A stretch of 64,000 nt of DNA from Candidatus Iainarchaeum sp. (GCA_018304425.1 JAGVWE010000005.1:1-64000); one strand, 5' to 3'. Shown: positions 1-9,382, numbered from the stretch's first letter. The notes: generated by a model not told the origin, from the sequence alone. A program made the numbers and translations.

Positions 1-99
1 CGCCTACGTCCGCAACCAAGGCGATGCGTTCCAACGCACACTCGCCGACTTCTCCCACACAAAGGGAATCCCCACCCTTTAGGGTGGGGAGGATGTCAA
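1..99 (+). mobile_element. Right end of an IS200/IS605-family insertion sequence (element continues left of the window)
   Basis: Perfect inverted repeat TCCCCACCCT (69-78) / AGGGTGGGGA (81-90) followed by GGATGTCAA ending at 99, the typical IS200/IS605 right-end hairpin plus TCAA cleavage motif; preceded by a Y1-transposase C-terminus. Confidence 0.85.
2..82 (+). CDS. tnpA: IS200-like Y1 (HUH) transposase, C-terminal fragment (5' truncated by window)
   Basis: Frame +2 reads AYVRNQGDAFQRTLADFSHTKGIPTL*; YxxxQ matches the catalytic-Tyr helix of TnpA; stop lies in the end hairpin; not in the ORF track. Confidence 0.75.
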   Translation, partial: AYVRNQGDAFQRTLADFSHTKGIPTL

Positions 100-526
100 A
101 ACAATAGTAGGTCAAGGCGTCCAGCAAGGAGTCGATTTCACGCTGCCAATGGATGGCCCCGTGTTTTGCCCGCGCGATTTCAGCCGGGTCGCGGTGCCAC
201 AACCGAACGTTTCGTTGGACGCGGAGCCGGTGGACTTTTGTGGCCATCTCGGTTTCCAAGGACTTGAGCTGGAGCGGGCTGGCGGTAGCCAACGCCTTTC
301 CAAAGGCCTGCCATTCCTTGATTGCCTGTATATGTCGTGCGGCATCCTGTCGGCTGCGGCCGGCAAAAATGGCTTCCTGGCGGAAATGCGCTTCAAGCGA
401 TTGCGCAACTCCAACCAACCGGCTCCTTCGCCCCCGAAACCGCTCCTGCAAATGTGTCTCGGTTTGCAGCCGTTTTCCCTGGGTGAAACCCTTCCTTGGC
501 TCGGGAATGGAAGAATGGACGCGCAT
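100..526 (-). pseudogene. Arg-rich orphan ORF interrupted at its 3' end by the IS
   Basis: ATG at 526 opens a stop-free minus frame (MRVHSSIPEPRKGF...REIDSLLDALTYYCF) that runs through the IS end to the window edge; missed by the ORF track because it has no stop. Confidence 0.55.
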
Positions 527-563
527 GAAAGAATTAACGCACTTGCCTCTATTTAATCCTTGC

Positions 564-1403
564 TCACAGGCAGGTGCCCACGCCCACCGTGAACAGGTCT
601 CTGGTTCCCGTGGCGAAGCCGAGGATGACGATGAACACCTTGATGTAGTCGTTGAGGTTTTTTTCCTTGACCTCTTTTTCGACGTAGAAGAGGATGACCG
701 CGATTAAAAACATCTTGACGATGGGAAAGGCCAGCGGCCCCCCCAAGTCGATGACCGCGCGGCTCACCACGTGCTGCTCGCCGCACTGGTAGAATTGCAT
801 GGCGACGAAGGTGGCCACGCCGTCCAGCGCCTGGCCCCCCACGGCCAAGACGTTGAGCTTGTTCCGGGAAAAGTCCTTCCACCAGGCCCGTTCAACGGCC
901 AGGCAAACGATGCCCGTCAGCACCGCGAAACCGAGGGCGATGCCGGCAAAGCCCTCCCAGGCCCTGAACCGCGTGAACTCGAACAAGACCACGGGCAGGG
1001 CCAGGCCAAGTCCGATGCCGCCCAGGATTTTGTAGAAGCTGAAGCCGGTCTTCGCCGCGGCAAAACGGGCGACGAAAAGCGAGAGGATGGTCAGCAGCCC
1101 GACCGCGATGTAGATGCCCGGCGTGTAGGTGTAGTAACCGAATTCCAGGGGGTTGAAGCTGCGGGGCAGCAGGCCCATGTCTTCGAGGACGCGGGCCGAG
1201 GAGCCGAACAAGATGAAGGGCAGGAGCGCGAGCATGAACTGGACGTTGAACTTCACGCCGCGCTTGTCGAGCTGGGGGTAAACGACTTTGAAGGCCACGA
1301 GCAAGAGGATGGCCGCGTACACCAGGGTGTTGACCAGGTTGTATCCGCCATGGCCGAGGGCCGGCTTCTCGAAGTAGTCCCGGATGAAGTCCGTGATTGG
1401 CAT
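564..1403 (-). CDS. DUF63-family archaeal integral membrane protein
   Basis: GYNLVNTLVYA, R-V-L-E-D, LDGVATF and GEQHV motifs; multiple TM segments; start moved to MPITDF at 1403. Confidence 0.8.
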   Translation of the reverse strand: MPITDFIRDYFEKPALGHGGYNLVNTLVYAAILLLVAFKVVYPQLDKRGVKFNVQFMLALLPFILFGSSARVLEDMGLLPRSFNPLEFGYYTYTPGIYIAVGLLTILSLFVARFAAAKTGFSFYKILGGIGLGLALPVVLFEFTRFRAWEGFAGIALGFAVLTGIVCLAVERAWWKDFSRNKLNVLAVGGQALDGVATFVAMQFYQCGEQHVVSRAVIDLGGPLAFPIVKMFLIAVILFYVEKEVKEKNLNDYIKVFIVILGFATGTRDLFTVGVGTCL

Positions 1404-1437
1404 AGGATATAAAGGCATTGCAAGCAATTTATTAACC

Positions 1438-2526
1438 ATGTCGATTTGCCTCCAAGTGGTTCCAAGCGAAGCCCAGAAGGCCATCGTCTTCCTCAAGGAA
1501 AACGGTTTGTTCGACGGGAACCTCAAGCCCGCGCACGCTGCCGGGGCCGTGTTCTTCCCGCTGGCCCGCAGGCCCTCGCAGGCCCAGGCGAAAAAGCTGA
1601 AGTCTTTGGCGCCGTCCGCGAAAACCGTGCAGTGGAAACTCGAGCGCTTGCATGTCCGCCCGCGCTCGCTGGAAGAGGCATTGGAGAGAAAGCTGTCGCC
1701 AGCCGAGCGCAAGGCCTTGATTGGCTCCTTTGACACCGTGGGAAGCCTGGCCGTCATAGAGGTGCCGGACGCGCTCAAGAAGAAAGCGGGGCTCATCGGC
1801 CGTGCCCTGCTGGAAGTCAATGCCGCGTTGGAGTCCGTGTACCAAATCGCGTCCGCTCACAAGGGAAAATTCCGCGTGCAAAAGATTTCCTGGCTCGCGG
1901 GAAAAAAACAGAAGCGCGCGCACTACAAGGAGGCCGGCTGCGAGTTCGTCGTCGACCTTGACAAGGTGTTCTTCAGTCCCCGCCTCTCCGGGGAACGCCT
2001 GCGCATCGCGCAACTCATCCAGCCAGGGGAAGTGGTTGGAGCGTTCTTTGCCGGGGTGGGGCCGTTTCCCATCTTGTTTGCCCGGCACTCGCCGATGGCG
2101 AAGGCCTATGCCGTCGAACTCAATCCAACTGCGGTCAAGAACCTGAAGGAGAACATCCGCCTCAACCACGTGGAAGACCGCGTCGAGCCCATCCTTGGTG
2201 ACGTGAACAAGGTCGTGCCAAAGCGCCTGCGCGGCCTATGCGACCGCGTCGTCATGCCCCTGCCCCATGGAGGGGAGGACTTCCTGGAAGCCGCTTTCCT
2301 CGCCCTCAAACCCGCCGGCGGGTTCATCCATTTCTACCAGTTCACGGACAAGCAAAACCCCTTGGCCGAGCCCCTGCGGCGCGTGGAAGCCGTGGCCCGG
2401 AAGTTCGGCCGCTCGGTCGAGGTTCGGGCCTGGCGCGTGGTGCGCAGCTTTTCCCCTGTCAAGGTGCAGGTCGTGCTGGACGTGGAAGTGCGGGCAAAGC
2501 CTAACAATTTAGGTAAGAATAAATAA
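1438..2526 (+). CDS. Trm5/Taw2-family tRNA methyltransferase (class I SAM-dependent)
   Basis: VFFSPRLSGERLR, FAGVGPF, VELNP, DRVVMPLP motifs; divergent from DUF63 gene. Confidence 0.85.
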   Translation: MSICLQVVPSEAQKAIVFLKENGLFDGNLKPAHAAGAVFFPLARRPSQAQAKKLKSLAPSAKTVQWKLERLHVRPRSLEEALERKLSPAERKALIGSFDTVGSLAVIEVPDALKKKAGLIGRALLEVNAALESVYQIASAHKGKFRVQKISWLAGKKQKRAHYKEAGCEFVVDLDKVFFSPRLSGERLRIAQLIQPGEVVGAFFAGVGPFPILFARHSPMAKAYAVELNPTAVKNLKENIRLNHVEDRVEPILGDVNKVVPKRLRGLCDRVVMPLPHGGEDFLEAAFLALKPAGGFIHFYQFTDKQNPLAEPLRRVEAVARKFGRSVEVRAWRVVRSFSPVKVQVVLDVEVRAKPNNLGKNK

Positions 2527-2548
2527 TGCATAAGACTTCTATCTTGCT

Positions 2549-3631
2549 ATGGTCCCGCTTCGTAGCGTGGTTTTTGTTGGGTTCTTGTTTTTGCTTGTTC
2601 TTGTCGCGGGTTGTGTGATGGGTGGCGGCGTTCCGCGTCCGGTGAAGCCTTTGCCTTTGGAGGGGGTTATGGGTCTGGTTAAGTCTTTGCCGGAGGTTCG
2701 CGCGCTTTTGGCCGAGTACCCCGATGCGGGGATTTATACGTTGTTTTGGTTTGAGGCCGCGGTTCAGAAGAACCTTGAGTCCATTCGGCGGGATTGCGGG
2801 GAGTCGTTTAAGGTTGCCAGTTACTACAAAGTCGACGTTTTTGATGGTGTTTTTGATGCTCCCCCCGTTGCCACTCTTTGGTTGGATGCCGCAACCCATG
2901 AAGTCGCGTGCGTGGTTAAGTCGCCAGGCATTGGCGGATTTTGTGGTAACTCCACGTATGCTCCATGCGTAATCGATGTGGATTGTGTGGGGGGAAGCAG
3001 TGGGCAGTGTGTAATGGACACGTGCCGAAGCACAGCTGAAGCCGCCCTGCGTATTCCTCAAAGTGTTAAGGAGGCAGAATGGTGCCAGATTGCGGACATC
3101 CGTGTTTCGGAATGCCTTTTCAGCATGGGTCACGATTACCCTCCCACTGTCAATTGCCTGTGCGTGGACAACCAGTGCCAGTGGGGGAGAGGCGTAAAGG
3201 TTGCGCCGCCTCCGGTGCCGCCCAACTTGGTCGCCTGTGAAACGCTCGACGAAAAAACATGCGGGACGCGGGTTGACTGCAAACCCGTTTACGGCGCCAG
3301 CCGCTGTGAATGCCAGCCGGACGGAAGCCAGCAGTGCACGACCGACACCGTGTTCAAGGGCTGCGAGGCGCCGGAACCGGATGAGGTCGGCATTGTCCGG
3401 GAATACTTCCATCAGCAGTGGTTCAGGGTCGCGGACGGCTGCGGAACCTTCAACCAGGAGACCTGTATGATGGAACCAGACCGGATTTATAGCCAAGGCA
3501 AAACCGAGAAGGGCTACGTGGTGGTCGTTGAAACGTATTGCGGCTTTTGGCCCCCCATGGATTCTGCGCCTCTTGAAACATTTACCTATTTGGTGAAATT
3601 TGACGGCACCATTGTCATGGAGCCGGAATAA
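2549..3631 (+). CDS. Secreted or lipid-anchored Cys-rich protein with an eight-cysteine-cluster-like segment
   Basis: Hydrophobic N-terminus ending LVAGC (lipobox-like); FCGNSTYAPCxxDxDCxGGSSGQC segment and many further Cys. Confidence 0.65.
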   Translation: MVPLRSVVFVGFLFLLVLVAGCVMGGGVPRPVKPLPLEGVMGLVKSLPEVRALLAEYPDAGIYTLFWFEAAVQKNLESIRRDCGESFKVASYYKVDVFDGVFDAPPVATLWLDAATHEVACVVKSPGIGGFCGNSTYAPCVIDVDCVGGSSGQCVMDTCRSTAEAALRIPQSVKEAEWCQIADIRVSECLFSMGHDYPPTVNCLCVDNQCQWGRGVKVAPPPVPPNLVACETLDEKTCGTRVDCKPVYGASRCECQPDGSQQCTTDTVFKGCEAPEPDEVGIVREYFHQQWFRVADGCGTFNQETCMMEPDRIYSQGKTEKGYVVVVETYCGFWPPMDSAPLETFTYLVKFDGTIVMEPE

Positions 3632-3729
3632 ATCGGTTGCCTTCGCCGCCACCCAGGCACGTGCAGCTGCGGCAATTCCGCCGACACGTGGCTTTAAATT
3701 ATTTATCCCCTTCAATCCAAGCGGTCTCC

Positions 3730-4380
3730 ATGAACATCGTCTTGTTGGGCCCACCGGGAACGGGTAAAGGAACCATCGCGCAGTTCCTGCACCGGGAGTA
3801 TGGCTTCGAACAACTCTCGACTGGCGACCTCCTCCGGAAAGAAGCCGCTGCTGGCACGCCGTTTGGCAAGCAGGTCGAGCCCATCATGAAGTCCGGTGCC
3901 TTGGTCAGCAACGAGTTGGTCGCGGAAATCGTGGCCTCGAACCTCGCGCGCTTGAAGGGGAAGAGCCTGGTCTTGGACGGCTTCCCACGGAACATGGAGC
4001 AGGCCGAGCTCTTCGAAAAAATCATGCGCGTGCACCAGGTAAAAATCGACCTGGCATTGAACGTGGACTCGAGCCGCGAGACGGTAGTCCGGAGGCTTTC
4101 CGCGCGGAGGCAGTGCCCGAAGTGCAACAAGGTCTACGGCGAGAACATCCCGCCCAGGAAGCCCGGCGTGTGTGACGCGTGCGGCGTGCCCTTGTTCCAG
4201 CGCGCGGACGACCAGCCCGAAGTAATCGAAAAGCGTTTCAGCATTTACCTGGAGTCCGCCAAGCCACTCCTCGCCTACTACCAGGGACAGGGCATCCTGA
4301 AAAACGTGGACGGCAACCAAAGCGTGGAGAGTGTTTTCCAGCAGGTTTCCGCGGTTTTAGGCCAGCAAAAAGGCTTATAA
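3730..4380 (+). CDS. adk: Adenylate kinase (Zn-lid type)
   Basis: LLGPPGTGKGT P-loop, STGDLLR, LDGFPR, CPKC...CDAC lid, QRADD. Confidence 0.95.
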   Translation: MNIVLLGPPGTGKGTIAQFLHREYGFEQLSTGDLLRKEAAAGTPFGKQVEPIMKSGALVSNELVAEIVASNLARLKGKSLVLDGFPRNMEQAELFEKIMRVHQVKIDLALNVDSSRETVVRRLSARRQCPKCNKVYGENIPPRKPGVCDACGVPLFQRADDQPEVIEKRFSIYLESAKPLLAYYQGQGILKNVDGNQSVESVFQQVSAVLGQQKGL

Positions 4381-4413
4381 ATTCTTTTAAGGCAGAATCC
4401 TAGGGGTATTTGA

Positions 4414-5706
4414 TTGGACGATTTGCGGGAACTGACTGGAAGCCCGGAAAAAAACGATTTCCTGCCCGTCCTCCTCATCCTGGCCCTGGTTGTGCTGGTC
4501 GGCTTCTTTTTGTTGACCACCCAGCCGGCCCAGCCCGTTCAACCACCGGCCGCCAAAGGACCGGAACCGGTCCCCGGGGCAACGGTGCCGCCAAGCGCGG
4601 AAGAGCCGAAGACCGTGGCCGAAACCCCTGCGCCTGTGCCCGAACCCGTTCGTGAGCAGCCGAGGCCGCAGCCGAGGCCAGAGCCGAGGCCCGCGCCCGA
4701 ACAAGCTTCCCTCCAAGCCGATTTGGTGGTGGACGCGATTAACATCCTGCCCCAACCTGTTACCCTAAAAGCGTTTCCCGTGGCCGTGAAGTACAGCAAT
4801 GCCGGCACCGGCAACGCGGCCGCCTTCCAGGTGAACGTGGAAGTGAAGAACAAGAAGGAAGTCGTGTTCACCCGGTCGTTTTCGTTGGAGGGCCTGGGCG
4901 CCAAGGCCTCCGCGGAAACCAAGTTCGAGTTGAGTCTCACCGATGCCGGCGACTATGCTTTGACTACCTGGGTGGACGCCGGCAACGGCGTAAGCGAAAC
5001 CAGCGAAGCCAACAACGAGCACCGGCAGGTGTTCCACGTCTACGGGGAACCGGACCTGGTGATTTCATTCTTGGACGTTGAACCCAACCCGCCCGCGGAA
5101 ATGCAGGAAACCTACGTCTCGTTGCGGGTGAAAAACATCAGCCCCCTGCCCGCGCCCAAGGGAACCTACGTGCGGCTGGAATTGCCGAACGCGGACACGA
5201 GGTACTTCGTGTTACGCATCCCCCAGGTCCTGCAAGCCGAGCAGGAATACGAGTTCCCCAAGATGCGGGTGCGGTTTTCCGGGAACTACGCGCAGATAAA
5301 CGCGTTGGTGGACTCCACGGGAGTCCTGCACGAAGACAACGAGGCCAACAACGAAGCCCACGTGGACGTGAACCCCTCCATTCCGGACGTCGAAATCGAT
5401 GGCGTGCGGGTGTCAGGGCCCTCCGAGCTCTCGGTGAAAGTGGCCAACAACTCCAATGCCTACCTCGCGGAAAAGTTCAGGGTCTTCCTCAAGGCGGACG
5501 ACCTGCTGTTTGGCGGGGTCGATAACACTTCTTTCCTGGTCGCGGAACGCTTTGACCCCGGCCAGGTCATCGAGTACAAGGTGCGGAACATTTCAGCGGC
5601 TCGCAAGCCGTATACCCTCTACGTGGTCGCGGACCCGGATGCCCAGGTCTTGGAGGGCAACGAGAACAACAACACCGTCAAAGTCCAGGTGCAGTTCCCC
5701 CAATAA
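4414..5706 (+). CDS. Membrane-anchored CARDB-repeat surface protein
   Basis: N-terminal TM, Pro/Glu-rich linker, three repeats with (P/A)DL(V)...VD...V.E..E.NN CARDB signature. Confidence 0.85.
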   Translation: MDDLRELTGSPEKNDFLPVLLILALVVLVGFFLLTTQPAQPVQPPAAKGPEPVPGATVPPSAEEPKTVAETPAPVPEPVREQPRPQPRPEPRPAPEQASLQADLVVDAINILPQPVTLKAFPVAVKYSNAGTGNAAAFQVNVEVKNKKEVVFTRSFSLEGLGAKASAETKFELSLTDAGDYALTTWVDAGNGVSETSEANNEHRQVFHVYGEPDLVISFLDVEPNPPAEMQETYVSLRVKNISPLPAPKGTYVRLELPNADTRYFVLRIPQVLQAEQEYEFPKMRVRFSGNYAQINALVDSTGVLHEDNEANNEAHVDVNPSIPDVEIDGVRVSGPSELSVKVANNSNAYLAEKFRVFLKADDLLFGGVDNTSFLVAERFDPGQVIEYKVRNISAARKPYTLYVVADPDAQVLEGNENNNTVKVQVQFPQ

Positions 5707-5735
5707 CCGGCAAGGCGGTTCCCGGGCCGATTGGC

Positions 5736-5747
5736 AAGGCTTATATA
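5736..5747 (+). promoter_or_regulatory. BRE/TATA-like promoter element AAGGCTTATATA
   Basis: About 30 nt upstream of the 5779 start; identical 12-mer at 7556-7567 before the paralogue. Confidence 0.55.
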
Positions 5748-5778
5748 CTACTTATAATCAATTATTTTGGGTAATCCC

Positions 5779-7530
5779 TTGGGTAAAAAGCTGTTCGTCG
5801 TCGCATTGGCGTTTTTGCTGGTTTTTTCGACGGTCTCGGCCGCGTTCTGGGATGATTTCTTCAAATGGTTCAATCCCACCGGCGAAGCCGCCAAGAAGAA
5901 AGCGTCTCCCCCGGCAGCCAAGCCGGAAGTCGTGAGCAAGGCCAACATCACGGACTTGAAGCTGGAGCCGGCAGGCGAGGTCGTTGGACAAATCAGGCCC
6001 GTTCGCTTGAGCGCAAAGGTTTCGGCCACGAAGGGCAGCGGCAAGGTGCTCGTCGTCCTGCGGCTGCAAAGCGAGGGAAAAACCCAGGGCAAGGACAGCC
6101 TGCTCTTGGACTTGCAGCAGACCAACCAACCCCAGACCGTCAGCGATGATGCCATGGCGGTAACTGGAACGGTGCGCGGCTTGGTGCGCGTATGGCAGAT
6201 TCCACCCAATGGCAAGCCCACGTTGCTGCGGGAAAAAAGCATTACCCGCAAGTTGGGTGCCGCGACCCCCAAGAACGCGACCACGGCCGTGACCCAGGTA
6301 ACGGTTACCAATCCATTCACCAGCCTGTCAAGCGCCGTGGCGGGTGCGGTGCGGCCCGTGCGCTTTGGCGCCACGGTCACCGCCACCGAGGGCAGCGGTC
6401 CCGTGCTGGCTATCCTGTTATTGGAGGACGCGCAAGGCGTCACCCACGGCAAAGAAGCCGAGTATCTGACCCTGCAAGCGAATGTCCCGCAAACCGTGAG
6501 CGATGACGTCCTGTCCTTGACCGGCAAGGTGAAGGCCAGGATACGGGTTTGGCAAATCAACCCCCGGGGCCCCAACAAGTTGTTGGTGGAAGAAAAATTC
6601 AGTCAAGACTTTGGCGGCCCAGGCGATGAAGCCACTGGCGCAGTGATGGGTGGTTCAGAGGCAGGGGACAGCGCAGCCGGAGGCCCGGACGAGGCCGGCG
6701 CACCCGAGCCAGGCCAAACAGGAACCGAGGCCCCGCCCGGTGGAACCCCCGTTCCGTCCACCCTGCCAACGCCTGGAACCACAACGCCTGGAACCAGTGT
6801 TCCGGAAGTCCCTGGCACGGTTCCCCCGGCAGCCACTCCACCGGCCCAGCAACCTGATGACCCGGCCACGGTTCTGACCCAGTTCAACGCCAACATGGCC
6901 GGCGAGTATTACGTTAAGTACACGGGCATGATGGTCCTGAGCAGTCCGGAAAACATGGCCGGCAGCCGAACCATGTACTCCAAGTCTTCCAAGTATTACA
7001 AGCACGGAAAAATGCGGGATGACACCGAGAGTTATGTTGAGGGCAAACCCTTTCGCTGGCGCATGTTTTACTCCATGAACCGGAATGACCCTGCCGTTAT
7101 ATGCCTTTCCAGCCAGGGAAGCAGGGAGTCCTGCCTCAAAGTGGATTCCAGCCAAGCAAAGCCACCGGCTAACACGCCTTCCGTTCCAACGGTTGCCGAA
7201 GCACAGGCCATGGTTGGAACGATAAGTGCTGCCATGGACCCGTCCCGTGTGATTTTGGGCGAGACCACGCAATGCGTTCGGTTTACTTTCACGGGCGGCC
7301 AAATCGCCAACGCCACCGGCGGCGTGTATTCTTCGGTGATGTGCGTCACCCACGACGGAATCCTGTTGTACAATGGCGCCGTGGATTCGCAGGGCCAGAA
7401 GTTAGTTGAACTGCAGGCCATCGCGTTCTCGCGCCGCGTGGCAGACCGGGACCTAGTGCCACCCAGGGCCCTAACTGGCACGGCCGGGGCCATGGATCTG
7501 CTTGGGGCTTGGGTGCGGGCCGCCCGCTGA
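5779..7530 (+). CDS. Secreted/surface protein with two tandem beta-rich repeats, a Pro/Thr/Gly linker and a Cys-containing C-terminal domain
   Basis: Signal peptide ...VSA, then FWDDFFKWFNPTGEAA; internal repeat RPVR...AT.GSG...PQTVSDD...RVWQI twice. Confidence 0.75.
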   Translation: MGKKLFVVALAFLLVFSTVSAAFWDDFFKWFNPTGEAAKKKASPPAAKPEVVSKANITDLKLEPAGEVVGQIRPVRLSAKVSATKGSGKVLVVLRLQSEGKTQGKDSLLLDLQQTNQPQTVSDDAMAVTGTVRGLVRVWQIPPNGKPTLLREKSITRKLGAATPKNATTAVTQVTVTNPFTSLSSAVAGAVRPVRFGATVTATEGSGPVLAILLLEDAQGVTHGKEAEYLTLQANVPQTVSDDVLSLTGKVKARIRVWQINPRGPNKLLVEEKFSQDFGGPGDEATGAVMGGSEAGDSAAGGPDEAGAPEPGQTGTEAPPGGTPVPSTLPTPGTTTPGTSVPEVPGTVPPAATPPAQQPDDPATVLTQFNANMAGEYYVKYTGMMVLSSPENMAGSRTMYSKSSKYYKHGKMRDDTESYVEGKPFRWRMFYSMNRNDPAVICLSSQGSRESCLKVDSSQAKPPANTPSVPTVAEAQAMVGTISAAMDPSRVILGETTQCVRFTFTGGQIANATGGVYSSVMCVTHDGILLYNGAVDSQGQKLVELQAIAFSRRVADRDLVPPRALTGTAGAMDLLGAWVRAAR

Positions 7531-7555
7531 GCGCTAATTCCCCCCCGTAACTGGA

Positions 7556-7567
7556 AAGGCTTATATA
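7556..7567 (+). promoter_or_regulatory. BRE/TATA-like promoter element AAGGCTTATATA
   Basis: Same 12-mer as 5736-5747; followed by a leader and GGAGG SD before GTG 7624. Confidence 0.55.
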
Positions 7568-7623
7568 TTACCTGTCCATCTATTAGTACGGGCCTGTTTA
7601 AAGGTTTCATTGGAGGGATTTGC

Positions 7624-9375
7624 GTGGACAAAAGATTGCTCGTAGTCTCGTTAGCGTTTTTGCTGATAGCCTCAACGGTTTCGGCCGGCTGGTTAGAGGA
7701 CTTGTTCGGCTGGTTCAACCCCACAGGGGAAGCCGCAGCGGCTCAGAAAGTAACCGCAAAAGAAATTTCGGTGGTTGGAGCCAACCCCACCAAAGCCGCG
7801 CTAAGCGCGCCTGCCGTGGCGGCAACCGGCAGCCCCTTGGTCGTGAATTGCACGGGCGAGTCCACCATGCGGCCACCGAATAGCACCCTCCCATTTAAGG
7901 TTGAAATCGCTGTTAACGGAAAAGAAGACGCGCAGTTCACCGTGCCCCAAGTGTATGCAAGCGGCAGCACCTTCACGGCCCAAGCCACCTTGACGGGTTT
8001 CACGGCTGCATCAGCCGGAAGCACGGCAACCATTACCTGCACGCCCAAGAAGATACGCCAGGGCAGTGGAGTCAGCTTCCACAAGTCAACCGGCAAAGTC
8101 CAGTTCAGGAACGTAAAGCCGGACTTCGTGGTTTCAGCCGTTGACGCGCCCTACTTGAGCGGCCAGAAGAGCGCGAATCCCTTGCGGCTCGGCGAAGCCT
8201 TTGCCGTCAAGGTCACGGTAACCAACACCTCGGACGCGGCCTATAACGGCCCGCTCTCAGTAGAGGTGAAAGTGGGCAGCGACCCCACGCAGTACATAAA
8301 TGCAGTGGGAAGCGCTTCCCTTGCGGCAAGCCAGGGAACCTTTGATTTCATGGTGGACGCCGTGGCACCTGCTGCGCGGCCAGCCAACGTCTCAAGCCAG
8401 GAATGGAGCCAGCAACTGGTTGCCACGGTCAATCCTCCTGGAGAGTTGGCCATAGATGAATTGAAGAACGATTCCAAGAACTCGAAGACTGGTTCGGTCA
8501 GAGTCGGCAACGTGCCCCTTCCAGGGGGAGTAGGCCAGCCGCCTGGCAGCGGAGCCTATGACCTTGAAGCCCTGGTCACCCATACCCCGACCACGGACGC
8601 CGAGGGCAGGCAAGTCCTCACCTTCGACTTCAAGGTGAAAAACAACGGAACGCCTTTGAACCTGGACACCTTTGGCGGCGTCTATGTCAGGTACTTCATC
8701 ACCGGGGTGCCGGTTAGTGCGGTTAAGGTGCCAGTAGAACAGGTCAGCGCGGCCAGGCTGAGAAAGCCCTCCGGGCAAACCTATGGGTTAACAGGCTATT
8801 ATGGGCTGCAGCAGGCGCTTGCCCAGGCCAGCGACTACGCGACCCTGTTCTCCATTCAGGTGACAAGGCCCACTGGCAACACCGCAGCCATTTCGGCTCG
8901 GATGGTCATTGACCCCATGGGGGTCACGAGCGGCCAGGACTCAAGTCCAGCCAACAACGAGTTCACCGATGCGGTGGCCTATAACGCGCCACCCGTACAG
9001 GATTGCACGGCAACCAATACCTGTAAGGTGACCCAGGCAACGGCTACCAGTCCAGCGGTCGCGGCTTCAGGAGCCAAGACCGGCGTACTGCAGCCGGTCG
9101 CCTTGACCACGACCTTGAAGGCCACGACCGGCCAAGGACAGGTCATGGTGGTGACGGTCCTTGAAAGGACGAACGGAATCCTCTTGTCCAAGCAAATCGG
9201 CTTGGTCTCGTTGGCCGCGAACGCGGACACGCCGTTCACGGCGAGCCACTACACGACCCGCAGGGCCGGCAGGGCAACCGTTCGGGTGTGGACCTTGGAC
9301 GGAAAGCACAAGCTGGCCGAGCGTTCCCAGAGTTTCAACCTCGGCGGAACCGAGGAAGACTCGGACGCCACGTGA
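7624..9375 (+). CDS. Secreted/surface protein with Ig/CARDB-like domains
   Basis: Signal peptide ...VSA, then GWLEDLFGWFNPTGEAA; PDFVV...VNP...IDE and D.SPANN motifs; C-terminal domain homologous to the repeats of the upstream gene. Confidence 0.75.
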   Translation: MDKRLLVVSLAFLLIASTVSAGWLEDLFGWFNPTGEAAAAQKVTAKEISVVGANPTKAALSAPAVAATGSPLVVNCTGESTMRPPNSTLPFKVEIAVNGKEDAQFTVPQVYASGSTFTAQATLTGFTAASAGSTATITCTPKKIRQGSGVSFHKSTGKVQFRNVKPDFVVSAVDAPYLSGQKSANPLRLGEAFAVKVTVTNTSDAAYNGPLSVEVKVGSDPTQYINAVGSASLAASQGTFDFMVDAVAPAARPANVSSQEWSQQLVATVNPPGELAIDELKNDSKNSKTGSVRVGNVPLPGGVGQPPGSGAYDLEALVTHTPTTDAEGRQVLTFDFKVKNNGTPLNLDTFGGVYVRYFITGVPVSAVKVPVEQVSAARLRKPSGQTYGLTGYYGLQQALAQASDYATLFSIQVTRPTGNTAAISARMVIDPMGVTSGQDSSPANNEFTDAVAYNAPPVQDCTATNTCKVTQATATSPAVAASGAKTGVLQPVALTTTLKATTGQGQVMVVTVLERTNGILLSKQIGLVSLAANADTPFTASHYTTRRAGRATVRVWTLDGKHKLAERSQSFNLGGTEEDSDAT

Positions 9376-9382
9376 ATGCGAG

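Noticed and set aside
1-99. TnpB/omega-RNA interpretation of the IS end
   Set aside because: The coding tail shows the TnpA YxxxQ motif, not a RuvC-III motif; a tnpB upstream cannot be seen in this window
149-707. Plus-strand ORFs of 135 and 184 aa
   Set aside because: No protein-like features; they overlap a more plausible minus-strand ORF and the DUF63 gene
3637-3695. Possible hairpin with two CACGTG palindromes upstream of adk
   Set aside because: GC-rich sequence pairs easily by chance; no recognisable RNA motif
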